DNA of 36,640 nt, taken from Lentimicrobium sp. GTDB lineage: Bacteria; Bacteroidota; Bacteroidia; Bacteroidales; 4484-276. A model generated the notes under the pieces. That model had not been told where the DNA came from. It did not search any database and saw nothing but the letters and a program-made list of their open reading frames with translations. A program made the position numbers and the translations under genes. This document shows, one piece after another, positions 7,581 through 16,175 of the stretch (its first letter is position 1; every line of letters starts with the position of its first letter). Location of the stretch: the NCBI GenBank assembly GCA_012516825.1, contig JAAYWF010000154.1, forward strand, positions 1-36,640. The letters run 5' to 3'.

Positions 7581-8561
7581 ATGAAAGTACTTGGAATGGG
7601 AAATGCGCTTGTGGATATGATGATAAGGATTGATGATGAGAGGATTTTTCGCGAGTTTGGATTATTAAAAGGCGGTATGCGACTTGTTGACTCCGCTCTT
7701 ATTAAAGATGTTCTTGAAAGACTAAAATCATTTCCTGTTGAGATAGCAACAGGTGGTTCGGCTGCTAATACAGTGCATGGTTTGGCTAAATTAGGTGTAA
7801 AAACCAGTTTCATTGGCAAGGTGGCATCAGATGATTTTGGCAAATTTATGATGGAGGATATGTTGAAAAATGGCGTAAACCCCAATCTGCTTAATGGTAA
7901 AGCGCCTACAGGTATTGCCCTCACATTGATAACACCTGATTCGGAAAGAACTTTTGCTGTTAATCTTGGCTGCGCCATTGAGCTTTTACCAGAAGATATT
8001 AATGCCGAAATGTTTGAAGGGTACAACATCTTTCATATTGAAGGATTTCTCGTTCAGAATAAAGAGCTTCTCGAAAAAGCAGTCAGGCTTGCAAAAAAGG
8101 CAGGTGCAAAAGTCTCGTTTGATCTTGCAAGCTTTGATGTGGTTGAAGAGAACTTTATTTTTCTGAAAAATATCGTTGAGAAATACGTTGATATTCTTTT
8201 TGCTAATGAGGATGAAGCAACTGCCTTTACAGGCTTAACACCTGAAAAAGCGCTTAATGTAATTTCGCAGACTGTTCCTGTAACAATAATAAAAATCGGA
8301 GAGAAAGGGTCTTTGATCAGCGATAGGAAAGATGTTGTACGTGTTGATTCAATAAAGGTGCAAGCCGTTGATACAACTGGCGCCGGCGATCTTTATGCAG
8401 CTGGATTCCTTTATGGGATGATTAATGGTTTGTCAATGCACACCTCAGGGGAAATTGGATCTCTGCTATCAGGTAAAGTGATAGAAGTAATTGGAGCAAA
8501 AATGGATGATGAAAGGTGGAGTAATATCTATACTGAGCTTCGTAAGCTGATGATGGAATAG
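7581..8561 (+). CDS. PfkB family carbohydrate/nucleoside kinase (adenosine kinase-like)
   Basis: 'GMGNALVD', 'GGSAANT', 'FIGKVASDDFG', 'TPDSERTF', 'FANEDEA', PfkB signature 'DTTGAGDLYAAGFLYG'. Confidence 0.92.
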   Translation: MKVLGMGNALVDMMIRIDDERIFREFGLLKGGMRLVDSALIKDVLERLKSFPVEIATGGSAANTVHGLAKLGVKTSFIGKVASDDFGKFMMEDMLKNGVNPNLLNGKAPTGIALTLITPDSERTFAVNLGCAIELLPEDINAEMFEGYNIFHIEGFLVQNKELLEKAVRLAKKAGAKVSFDLASFDVVEENFIFLKNIVEKYVDILFANEDEATAFTGLTPEKALNVISQTVPVTIIKIGEKGSLISDRKDVVRVDSIKVQAVDTTGAGDLYAAGFLYGMINGLSMHTSGEIGSLLSGKVIEVIGAKMDDERWSNIYTELRKLMME

Positions 8562-8664
8562 ATAGTAAGGGGGGTAGGTTTTTGGAAAAAAAGAGCAAAT
8601 TACTAATAAACATGCTGCGATTACGTTAAAAGAAGACATTTTACATAAACACAAATAATAAAAT

Positions 8665-9354
8665 ATGTTTTCAGCAATTTTGTTGCAAGTAAATCAGGCC
8701 GGTCAGGTAATTGATGAATCAGTAGGAGAAATTTCGATGTCATTGTGGGACTTAACACTCAAGGGCGGATGGATAATGTTGATTCTCGGAATATTTTCAG
8801 TGATAGCTATTTTTATTTTTATCGAACGATTTTTAATCCTCAAACAAGCTTCAAAGGAGGATCAAAATTTTATGGATCACATTCGCTCTTTTATTCACGA
8901 TGGAAAAATTGATGCTGCTTTAGCTCTTTGCCGTCGAACACAAAACCCGATTTCAAGGATGATAGAAAAAGGTTTACTACGTATCGGGAAACCACTCAGC
9001 GATATCAATGCTGCCATCGAAAATGTTGGGAAGTTAGAAGTTTCGAGGCTTGAAAAAAATATTGCAGGTTTGGCTACTATTGCCGGCGCTGGTCCCATGT
9101 TGGGCTTTTTGGGTACAGTAGTGGGGATGGTTAGAGCCTTTTACGACATGTCAATGGCAGGTAATAACATAGATATTGCTCTGTTGTCCACAGGTATTTA
9201 CCAAGCTATGGTTACAACTGTTGCCGGTCTTATTGTAGGGATTTTGGCTTTCATTTGTTATAATATTCTTGTGGCAAGAGTTGAAAAACTTGTATTTATT
9301 CTTGAAGCTCGTGCTTCCGAGTTTATGGATGTTTTGCATGAACCGGTCGAATAA
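8665..9354 (+). CDS. exbB: MotA/TolQ/ExbB proton channel protein
   Basis: 'LATIAGAGPMLGFLGTVVGMV.AF', 'GIYQAMVTTVAGLIVGI'; three TM segments; followed by exbD and tonB. Confidence 0.92.
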   Translation: MFSAILLQVNQAGQVIDESVGEISMSLWDLTLKGGWIMLILGIFSVIAIFIFIERFLILKQASKEDQNFMDHIRSFIHDGKIDAALALCRRTQNPISRMIEKGLLRIGKPLSDINAAIENVGKLEVSRLEKNIAGLATIAGAGPMLGFLGTVVGMVRAFYDMSMAGNNIDIALLSTGIYQAMVTTVAGLIVGILAFICYNILVARVEKLVFILEARASEFMDVLHEPVE

Positions 9355-9366
9355 AGCTTGATAAAC

Positions 9367-9777
9367 ATGGCAATTCAAACACGAAATAAGCGCAGTGCAC
9401 AGTTTAGCATGGCTTCCATGTCTGATCTGGTATTTTTGTTGTTGATTTTTTTCATGCTCACCTCAACGCTTGTTGCGCCCAACGCAATAAAACTATTACT
9501 GCCGCAAAGCAGTAGTAAAACAATGGCTAAACAAACTGTAACTGTATATATCAACGATCGTTTTGAATACTTTATAGGTGAAGATCAAATAGCTGTTGAT
9601 CAGATGGAGCAGCTTATCGGTGAGGCTATGGCAGGTCAGGTTGAAGGTTCTGTAGTGTTACGCGCCGATCAGTCGGTACCAGTACAGCATATTGTAAATG
9701 TGATTGATGCGGTAAATAAGATAAATGAACGTTACAACACAAAACACAAGGTAATATTAGCCACAAGGCCTAATTAA
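9367..9777 (+). CDS. exbD: Biopolymer transporter ExbD
   Basis: 'SMSDLVFLLLIFFML' TM segment with the conserved Asp, 'VLRADQSVP'. ATG at 9367. Confidence 0.92.
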   Translation: MAIQTRNKRSAQFSMASMSDLVFLLLIFFMLTSTLVAPNAIKLLLPQSSSKTMAKQTVTVYINDRFEYFIGEDQIAVDQMEQLIGEAMAGQVEGSVVLRADQSVPVQHIVNVIDAVNKINERYNTKHKVILATRPN

Positions 9778-9785
9778 TAATAAAA

Positions 9786-10547
9786 ATGGAGGAGCAAAAA
9801 AACAGAATCAAAGGAATTGTTGGCACATTGATATTTCATCTTGCTATCATTTTTATCCTTTTTCTTTTAGCATTGCGCACTCCATTGCCTTTGCCCGGCG
9901 AAGAGGGTGTTGAGGTTAGCCTGGGTTATGCCGAAACCGGCTCCGGATTAGTACAGCCAATAGAGTTGGCTCCTGTACAAAAAGCTGAACACACGAAGCC
10001 TAATACACAAACAAACGATATTTTGACTCAGGAAGTTGAGGAAGCGCCAGCTATTGAAGATGTTAAGCCTAAAGAGGTTAAAAAGACGGTTGAGGAAGAA
10101 AAACCTGTCAAAGAGGATCCGGTTGTAAATCCACGCGCTCTTTATACACCACATCAAACTGATTCAAAAGAAACAGGAGGACAAGGCGATGATAATAATC
10201 CCGCCGATCAAGGTAAGACAACTGGTTCAAACCAAAGTACAAAGCCTGATGGGATAGGAGGCCTTGGTAGTGGGATATCTTTCAGCCTCGAAGGGCGAGG
10301 ATCAATACATTTGCCAAAGCCTGCCTATAATTCACAAGAGCAAGGACGGGTAGTAGTTAGGATTTGGGTAAATAAGGAGGGGAAAGTTGAAAGAGCCGTA
10401 TCAGGAGTGCAAGGAACAACGATTACTGATCAGACATTAATTAAATTAGCTCAAGATGCTGCTTTGAAGGCTGTTTTTAATTCCGACCCTAATGCTGCCG
10501 ATCAACAAACAGGTACTATTACCTATAATTTTATTCGACTAAACTAA
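9786..10547 (+). CDS. tonB: Energy transducer TonB family protein
   Basis: N-terminal TM with 'TLIFH', Pro/Glu/Lys-rich linker, C-terminal 'P.PAY....GRVVVRIWVNKEGKV...GTITYNF'. Confidence 0.85.
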   Translation: MEEQKNRIKGIVGTLIFHLAIIFILFLLALRTPLPLPGEEGVEVSLGYAETGSGLVQPIELAPVQKAEHTKPNTQTNDILTQEVEEAPAIEDVKPKEVKKTVEEEKPVKEDPVVNPRALYTPHQTDSKETGGQGDDNNPADQGKTTGSNQSTKPDGIGGLGSGISFSLEGRGSIHLPKPAYNSQEQGRVVVRIWVNKEGKVERAVSGVQGTTITDQTLIKLAQDAALKAVFNSDPNAADQQTGTITYNFIRLN

Positions 10548-10562
10548 CGTTCAAGATTGAAT

Positions 10563-11105
10563 TTATTCTGATCGCAATCTTTTGTTCCTTTCCCTATCAG
10601 TCTGTTTTAACTGAATTTTTGTTTCGTTTTTTTGTTTTGCAATAGTAAGGATATGATATTCAAGCTCGGTGAGTATCAGATTAAGCAATTCAGTAGATTT
10701 GTTTTGAGATTTTCTGATACTTTGTTTATCTATTAAATTCAATTGGTTGACAGAGAGGATTTCAGGTATCTTATTTATTGTTGTTACAAGCTCATTTTGT
10801 TCAAGCTCAATTAAAAAGCCGTGAATTAGTAAAAAGAAATTTTTAATCAGAGGCTCCTGGTCAGATAAATCGTGGATCAGATAATATGTTGTCCGCATAT
10901 CGCGGGTGTAAGAAAAGAATGAGAATTGCTGTGGATCGCTGTTGCTGCTCTTTTTGACAAGCATATTTTCATCACGCTGCAATTGTAACCCAAGATGTTT
11001 ATTGAGTAAATAGGCTATCCTAAAATCAGGTTGGGATGAGGTGATATTAAAAATGGCATAATCCTGATGTCCATCAAAATCTATAACAAACTTTTTTTTC
11101 TTCAT
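10563..11105 (-). CDS. IPExxxVDY-family-like hypothetical protein
   Basis: N-terminus 'I..SQPDFRIAYLLNKHLGLQL.R' resembles this Bacteroidota family, but the namesake motif is not clearly present. ATG at 11105 preferred over TTG at 11111. Confidence 0.6.
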   Translation of the reverse strand: MKKKKFVIDFDGHQDYAIFNITSSQPDFRIAYLLNKHLGLQLQRDENMLVKKSSNSDPQQFSFFSYTRDMRTTYYLIHDLSDQEPLIKNFFLLIHGFLIELEQNELVTTINKIPEILSVNQLNLIDKQSIRKSQNKSTELLNLILTELEYHILTIAKQKNETKIQLKQTDRERNKRLRSE

Positions 11106-11142
11106 TTGCAAGTAGTTTTATACATGGATAATCAAAATTAAA

Positions 11143-11823
11143 TTATTTTATTGCAACATAAATTGCTGAAATGCCACCTAATATCATCTTAGTCGTAACT
11201 TGCGAAAATCCGTAACTTTTCAAATAATCGGTTGCTTCTTGATCATTCCAGTAATTTATGGCTGAGTGAGCTAAGTAACGATAAGCACCTCGATTTCCGG
11301 ATAAAAATCCGCCTAATGGTGATGTAATATGTTTCATATAAAAATGAAAAAGTGAGCGTAGCAACTTATTCTTCGGCTGACTTGTTTCAACAATCACAAA
11401 ACGCCCACCTGGTTTTATTATCCTATAAATCTCTTTCAAAAAAATGTCATGATCAGGATTATTGAAGGTAAGGTTACGAAATGCGAAAGCAATACCTACA
11501 GAATCGAAGTGGGAGTCGGGGAACGGTATATTGGCAACATCGGCATGGATGAATGTTATATCATCAAATTTCTTTTTGTTAGCTTTCGTAATTGCCAGTT
11601 TCAGCATAGGTTTGCTGTAGTCGAGCGCAAAGACTTTGGCGCCGGATTCAGTTTTTTTTCGTATTTGCAAAGCTAAATCTCCTGTGCCTGTACAGAGATC
11701 AAGTATTTTAGAGGGGCTGTTTTTTAAAGATTCAGAGGCGGCTTTTTTTCTCCAAATAACATCAAAACGCCATGTTAACACGCGATTTACAAAATCATAT
11801 GATGGGGGTACATCCGTGAACAT
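11143..11823 (-). CDS. menG: Demethylmenaquinone methyltransferase (UbiE/MenG family)
   Basis: 'MF..V...YD.VN..L....D..WR', SAM motif 'ILDLCTGTGDLA', 'DYS..ML', 'IAFAFRN', 'EIYRIIKPGG', 'AYRYL..S'. The true start may lie upstream. Confidence 0.9.
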   Translation of the reverse strand: MFTDVPPSYDFVNRVLTWRFDVIWRKKAASESLKNSPSKILDLCTGTGDLALQIRKKTESGAKVFALDYSKPMLKLAITKANKKKFDDITFIHADVANIPFPDSHFDSVGIAFAFRNLTFNNPDHDIFLKEIYRIIKPGGRFVIVETSQPKNKLLRSLFHFYMKHITSPLGGFLSGNRGAYRYLAHSAINYWNDQEATDYLKSYGFSQVTTKMILGGISAIYVAIK

Positions 11824-11961
11824 CTTAAGCAGCGGACGTTTATCGGGATTATAACTTATTGCGATAATATGGTAAGAATTTAAAGTTGGAAATTTTGATT
11901 AAGGAGTTAGATAGAAAGTAATGGCCGGCATAAAATTGCATATAAAATCATGATGAAAAAG

Positions 11962-14001
11962 TTACTTTCCCTCTTTTTTAAAAACCAGCGCCGTTCGGTT
12001 AGGTATATATACCTTTAGATAATGTTTGTTTGATAACGAATCGTACATTGAGGTGTAAACCCTGCTATCGTCCACACGGTTATGTCCTCCAAATTCCGGT
12101 GAGTCGGAGTTAAGGATTATTTTATAGTGCCCCGGTTCGACGATATAGAATTCATAACCAAATATTGAACGGTGAGGGTGGAAGTTGAAAACGAACATTA
12201 ACCCGCCTTTTTCAAAAACTAAGGTTTTATTTTCTTCATCATTAGCAATTTTGCTCCCATATCCGGCGCTAAGCAATTCATTTTCCTTAGCCATTTTTAT
12301 CATCTCTACATCAAATCTGTACATGAAGATGTACTTTAAATTTGGGTTGTCGCACAGCGACCATTGGCGGCGAGCATAATGATAGCTCCAGTTGTTTCCT
12401 TGCCTTGGGAAGTCAACCCACTCGGGATGCCCGAACTCGTTTCCCATAAAGTTTAGGTAGGCTTGTCCGCCAAGCGAGAGCGTTATCAGCCTGATCATCT
12501 TGTGAAGCGCTATTCCGCGTTCAATAATCAGATTGTTATCGTCTATTTGCATGTGATAATACATCTCTTTATCCATTAGCCAAAATGCTATAGTTTTATC
12601 ACCTACCAACGCTTGGTCGTGCGATTCGGCATAAGCAACTGTTTTGACATCGGGCAAGCGATCGTTTAGTACGTGATAAAAGTCGTCCATCCACCACTCT
12701 TCGTCTCTTTTCTCTTTCAAGGTCTTTATCCAGAAATCAGGTATTCCCATTGCCAGCCGGTAGTCAAAGCCTATCCCACCCTCTTCTATAGGTCGGCAAA
12801 GCCCTGGCATACCACTCACATCCTCAGCAATAGTTATTGCATCCTTTTTTATCTTATGTACCAACGTATTAGCAAGTTGAAGATAGGTAATAGCATCATA
12901 TTCGACCCCTTCGGTAAAGTATTTTTCTATTTCGCCAAAGGTTGTGTTACCATGGTGAAAATACATCATTGAGGTAACGCCGTCAAAGCGGAATCCATCG
13001 AAATGAAACTCTTCGAGCCAGTATTTTACGTTGGAAAGTAAAAATTGAATTACCTCAATTTTGCCATAATCAAAGACTTTTGAATCCCAGTTAGGATGGT
13101 TTCCGCGCTCTCCCGGATGTGTATATTGGTGATCGGTACCATCAAATTCGTTTAGCCCTTCGTTTATGTTTTTTATTGTATGAGAGTGCACTAAATCCAT
13201 AATTACTGCAATGCCCATACTATGTGCTTTTTTTATCAGTTGTTTTAACTCTTCGGGTGTCCCAAAACGGCTTGAAGGTGCAAAATAGTTGGATACATGA
13301 TATCCAAATGATCCATAATAAGGATGTTCAGCGATGGCCATCAGTTGTATGCAGTTATATCCCGACTTTTTTATGCGTGGTAGGATATTTTCGACAAACT
13401 CTACATAGGTGCCCACTCCTTCCTTTTCCTGTGCCATACCTACATGGCACTCATAAATGAACAGATTACCGATTTCGTTAATTTTGAAATTATCATCTTT
13501 CCATGAAAACGATTTAGCAGGCTGCCAAAGTTGACCGGCGAAATCCTTTGTGCTTTCATCTTGTACAACTCTGTTTATCCACACGGGCACACGCTCTTTC
13601 CAGCCGTTGGCAGCGTGAACGAGCACTTTAAATTTGCTCTTATGAACGAATTTTTCTTTATATCTCTTCTCATCAAGAAATATTTCCCACACCCCATTCT
13701 CTTTTTTTGTTAATGGATGTGAAGTCCGATTCCAATCATTAAAGTCACCAAACAAAAACAGATCGAATGCAGCAGGGGCCCACTCTCTAAAATACCAACC
13801 TTTAGCATTTTTATCCCAATGAATACCAAAATATTTGTGGGCATCTGCAAAGCTTGAAAGACTTCCATAGGTATTTATAATCTCTTTAAGACGATAGTTA
13901 TAACGATTTAATCTGTCAATCAAGTTTTGCTCTGCCGATTCGAGCCAAGGATCATTTTCGACGAGTGCTAGACGCTTTTGGGATTTATTTTTTTTTGTCA
14001 T
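11962..14001 (-). CDS. glgB: 1,4-alpha-glucan branching enzyme (GH13_8 type)
   Basis: 'FREWAPAA', 'IYECHVGM', 'YYGSFGYHV', 'DLVHSH', catalytic 'GFRFDGVTSM', 'IAEDVSG', 'YAESHDQALVGDKT', 'LNFMGNEFGHPEW'. Confidence 0.95.
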   Translation of the reverse strand: MTKKNKSQKRLALVENDPWLESAEQNLIDRLNRYNYRLKEIINTYGSLSSFADAHKYFGIHWDKNAKGWYFREWAPAAFDLFLFGDFNDWNRTSHPLTKKENGVWEIFLDEKRYKEKFVHKSKFKVLVHAANGWKERVPVWINRVVQDESTKDFAGQLWQPAKSFSWKDDNFKINEIGNLFIYECHVGMAQEKEGVGTYVEFVENILPRIKKSGYNCIQLMAIAEHPYYGSFGYHVSNYFAPSSRFGTPEELKQLIKKAHSMGIAVIMDLVHSHTIKNINEGLNEFDGTDHQYTHPGERGNHPNWDSKVFDYGKIEVIQFLLSNVKYWLEEFHFDGFRFDGVTSMMYFHHGNTTFGEIEKYFTEGVEYDAITYLQLANTLVHKIKKDAITIAEDVSGMPGLCRPIEEGGIGFDYRLAMGIPDFWIKTLKEKRDEEWWMDDFYHVLNDRLPDVKTVAYAESHDQALVGDKTIAFWLMDKEMYYHMQIDDNNLIIERGIALHKMIRLITLSLGGQAYLNFMGNEFGHPEWVDFPRQGNNWSYHYARRQWSLCDNPNLKYIFMYRFDVEMIKMAKENELLSAGYGSKIANDEENKTLVFEKGGLMFVFNFHPHRSIFGYEFYIVEPGHYKIILNSDSPEFGGHNRVDDSRVYTSMYDSLSNKHYLKVYIPNRTALVFKKEGK

Positions 14002-14045
14002 GTTTGATGATATGCTTTTGTAATTAAATCTATTGGTTTTAAGGT

Positions 14046-16061
14046 TTACTCATTAATTTCTTCTAGTACAATCGCTGAAATTGCCGCAACATTAACAAGA
14101 TTATTATTTATGATCCGATAACCCGACCTATTTAGTCCGTCCGAATTAAATATTTCTAACCACTTGGCTACCGGTAGTTTTATTGATTGACTTTGTTGTG
14201 ATGCGTTGTAAACAACAATCAACGATTTCCATTTCTCAGCTTCCGTAAAATCGTTTATTCTGAAAGCAACTATTCCGGGATGATTAGTGTAGAGAAAATT
14301 AAGATGTTTATTAATAAGTTCTGTATTAGTCATTTTAAAAACAGGGTACTGCTTTCGAAGTGTTATCAAATCCCTATAATAATCAAACACCTTACGGTAT
14401 GTATATTTTCTTATCCAGTCAATCTGATTAATGGAGTCAGGAGATTGGTATGAATTTTCAACCCTCTGTTTTGTACGTACGAAATCCACGCCGGCATGCA
14501 GAAAAGGGACACCTTGTGATGTCATCACAATGGTATTGGCAAGCTTATGCATTTTAATTAGATCGTTGTTGGTAGCTTCAGGGTTGGTAATGCAGAGTTT
14601 ATCGAACAGGGTATGATTATCGTGACACGAGACATAGTTGATGCATTGATACGGCTCCCCCGCCCATGGCGCGCGCGAATAATTCACCTTTGAATAATTA
14701 ACCTGATGATGCTCAGTTGCGCCCACTACTCCAAACTTAACACTTTCAGCCATCTCAAAATTACCATTTACGAATCCTTTTCCTTTATGGTCGCTCCACG
14801 ATCCTTTTATGCCATCTCTAAGGTCGTCGCTAAAGGCTGCAATCTTATCAAGTTTATATGTAAACTGTTTTAGAGCAAGTTTATCTTCAGGAAATGGGCT
14901 GTCGCCAGCTTTCCAGCCCTCTCCATAAAGAAATAAAGTAGGCTCAATGGCATGTAGTTCATTGCTGATAATATTCATGGTCTCAATATCATGTATCCCC
15001 ATCAGGTCGAACCGGAAGCCATCAATTTTATACTCGTCAACCCAATATTTTAGCGATTCTATCATAAACTTACGCATCATTGATCGTTCTGACGCTGTTT
15101 CGTTACCGCAGCCTGATGCATTCGACCATGACCCATCAGTATTATGTCTGTAATAATAACCTGGGACTAAAAGGTTGAAATTGGAATACTCTGTATCGCC
15201 GGTATGATTGTAAACAACATCAAGGATAACCCTAAGACCGTTGCGATGTAGAGCTGCAACCATCTCTTTAAATTCACGGATACGCGTTTTCGGATCGTAC
15301 GGATCGGTGGAAAATGAACCTTCAGGAACATTGTAGTTTTGTGGGTCGTATCCCCAATTATAATGGTTTTCATCAAGTTTTGTTTCATCAATTGACCGAA
15401 AGTCAAAAGCCGGTAAAAGATGTACGTGTGTTATGCCTAATTCTTTAAGATGATCAATTCCAGTTTTTTCTCCCAGTGGGGTAGTCGTTCCTTCTTCGGC
15501 GAGGCCTAAAAATTTTCCTTTATACCGAATTCCTGACTGAGGATGAATGGAGATATCGCGTATCTGAACTTCATATAGTATGATATCAGTATAGTTATCC
15601 AATTTAGGCCTTTCGATGGTGTCCCATCCTACAGGATTTGTCTCCTTCAAATCAATAATAGCTGCACGTTTTCCATTAACTCCAACCGCTTTGGCATAAA
15701 TTCCCGGCGTCTCTTTCAGCCACTCATCATTATATTTTATCTGAAAGGTATAGAAAAGATCTTTCATATCCTTTTCGAATCTGATAATCCATGTACCTTG
15801 AAGGCTTTTCTTCATTTTTTTCTCAATAACAGTCTCGCCATCAATGCCGTTTTCATAAATCTTAACTTTTACTGCTTCAGCAGTTGGCGCCCATACCCGA
15901 AACTGTGTTTCAGAAGGAGTGTAAATCATTTCAAGGTCATCACCGTTATATACGGGATAGGAAGAGTAATCATCAAAATCGAAAGGGCTTCGTTGTTTAC
16001 AAGATATATTTAACATAATGAAACTGAGTATAAACAGATATGTTAAATGTTTCTTAGCCAC
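14046..16061 (-). CDS. pulA: Type I pullulanase (GH13), predicted lipoprotein
   Basis: Signature 'YNWGYDP', 'DVVYNH', 'GFRFDLMG', 'YGEGW', 'NYVSCHDN'. GTG start at 16061 gives a signal peptide 'MAKKHLTYLFILSFIMLNIS-C'. Confidence 0.92.
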   Translation of the reverse strand: MAKKHLTYLFILSFIMLNISCKQRSPFDFDDYSSYPVYNGDDLEMIYTPSETQFRVWAPTAEAVKVKIYENGIDGETVIEKKMKKSLQGTWIIRFEKDMKDLFYTFQIKYNDEWLKETPGIYAKAVGVNGKRAAIIDLKETNPVGWDTIERPKLDNYTDIILYEVQIRDISIHPQSGIRYKGKFLGLAEEGTTTPLGEKTGIDHLKELGITHVHLLPAFDFRSIDETKLDENHYNWGYDPQNYNVPEGSFSTDPYDPKTRIREFKEMVAALHRNGLRVILDVVYNHTGDTEYSNFNLLVPGYYYRHNTDGSWSNASGCGNETASERSMMRKFMIESLKYWVDEYKIDGFRFDLMGIHDIETMNIISNELHAIEPTLFLYGEGWKAGDSPFPEDKLALKQFTYKLDKIAAFSDDLRDGIKGSWSDHKGKGFVNGNFEMAESVKFGVVGATEHHQVNYSKVNYSRAPWAGEPYQCINYVSCHDNHTLFDKLCITNPEATNNDLIKMHKLANTIVMTSQGVPFLHAGVDFVRTKQRVENSYQSPDSINQIDWIRKYTYRKVFDYYRDLITLRKQYPVFKMTNTELINKHLNFLYTNHPGIVAFRINDFTEAEKWKSLIVVYNASQQSQSIKLPVAKWLEIFNSDGLNRSGYRIINNNLVNVAAISAIVLEEINE

Positions 16062-16085
16062 TGCCGACTGATTAAGATTTTGCGG

Positions 16086-16093
16086 CAAAATTA
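16086..16093 (-). promoter_or_regulatory. -7 promoter element (TAATTTTG-C) for pulA-glgB
   Basis: TAnnTTTG 25 bp upstream of the GTG; overlaps the ORF-track TTG, arguing against that start. Confidence 0.65.
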
Positions 16094-16151
16094 GCTAATT
16101 CTTCTTTGTATAACAGAAATTGATAAAATGAGGGGTTGACTTTCTGAAAGT

Positions 16152-16174
16152 AAAACGGTAAAGAAGGCCGTTTT
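16152..16174 (-). terminator. Probable terminator after the TonB-dependent receptor gene
   Basis: AAAACGG (16152-16158)/CCGTTTT (16168-16174) hairpin just after the stop codon; short GC stem. Confidence 0.45.
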
Positions 16175-16175
16175 T

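Noticed and set aside
13575-13583. Perfect DnaA box TTATCCACA inside glgB
   Set aside because: Isolated, within coding sequence, expected by chance.
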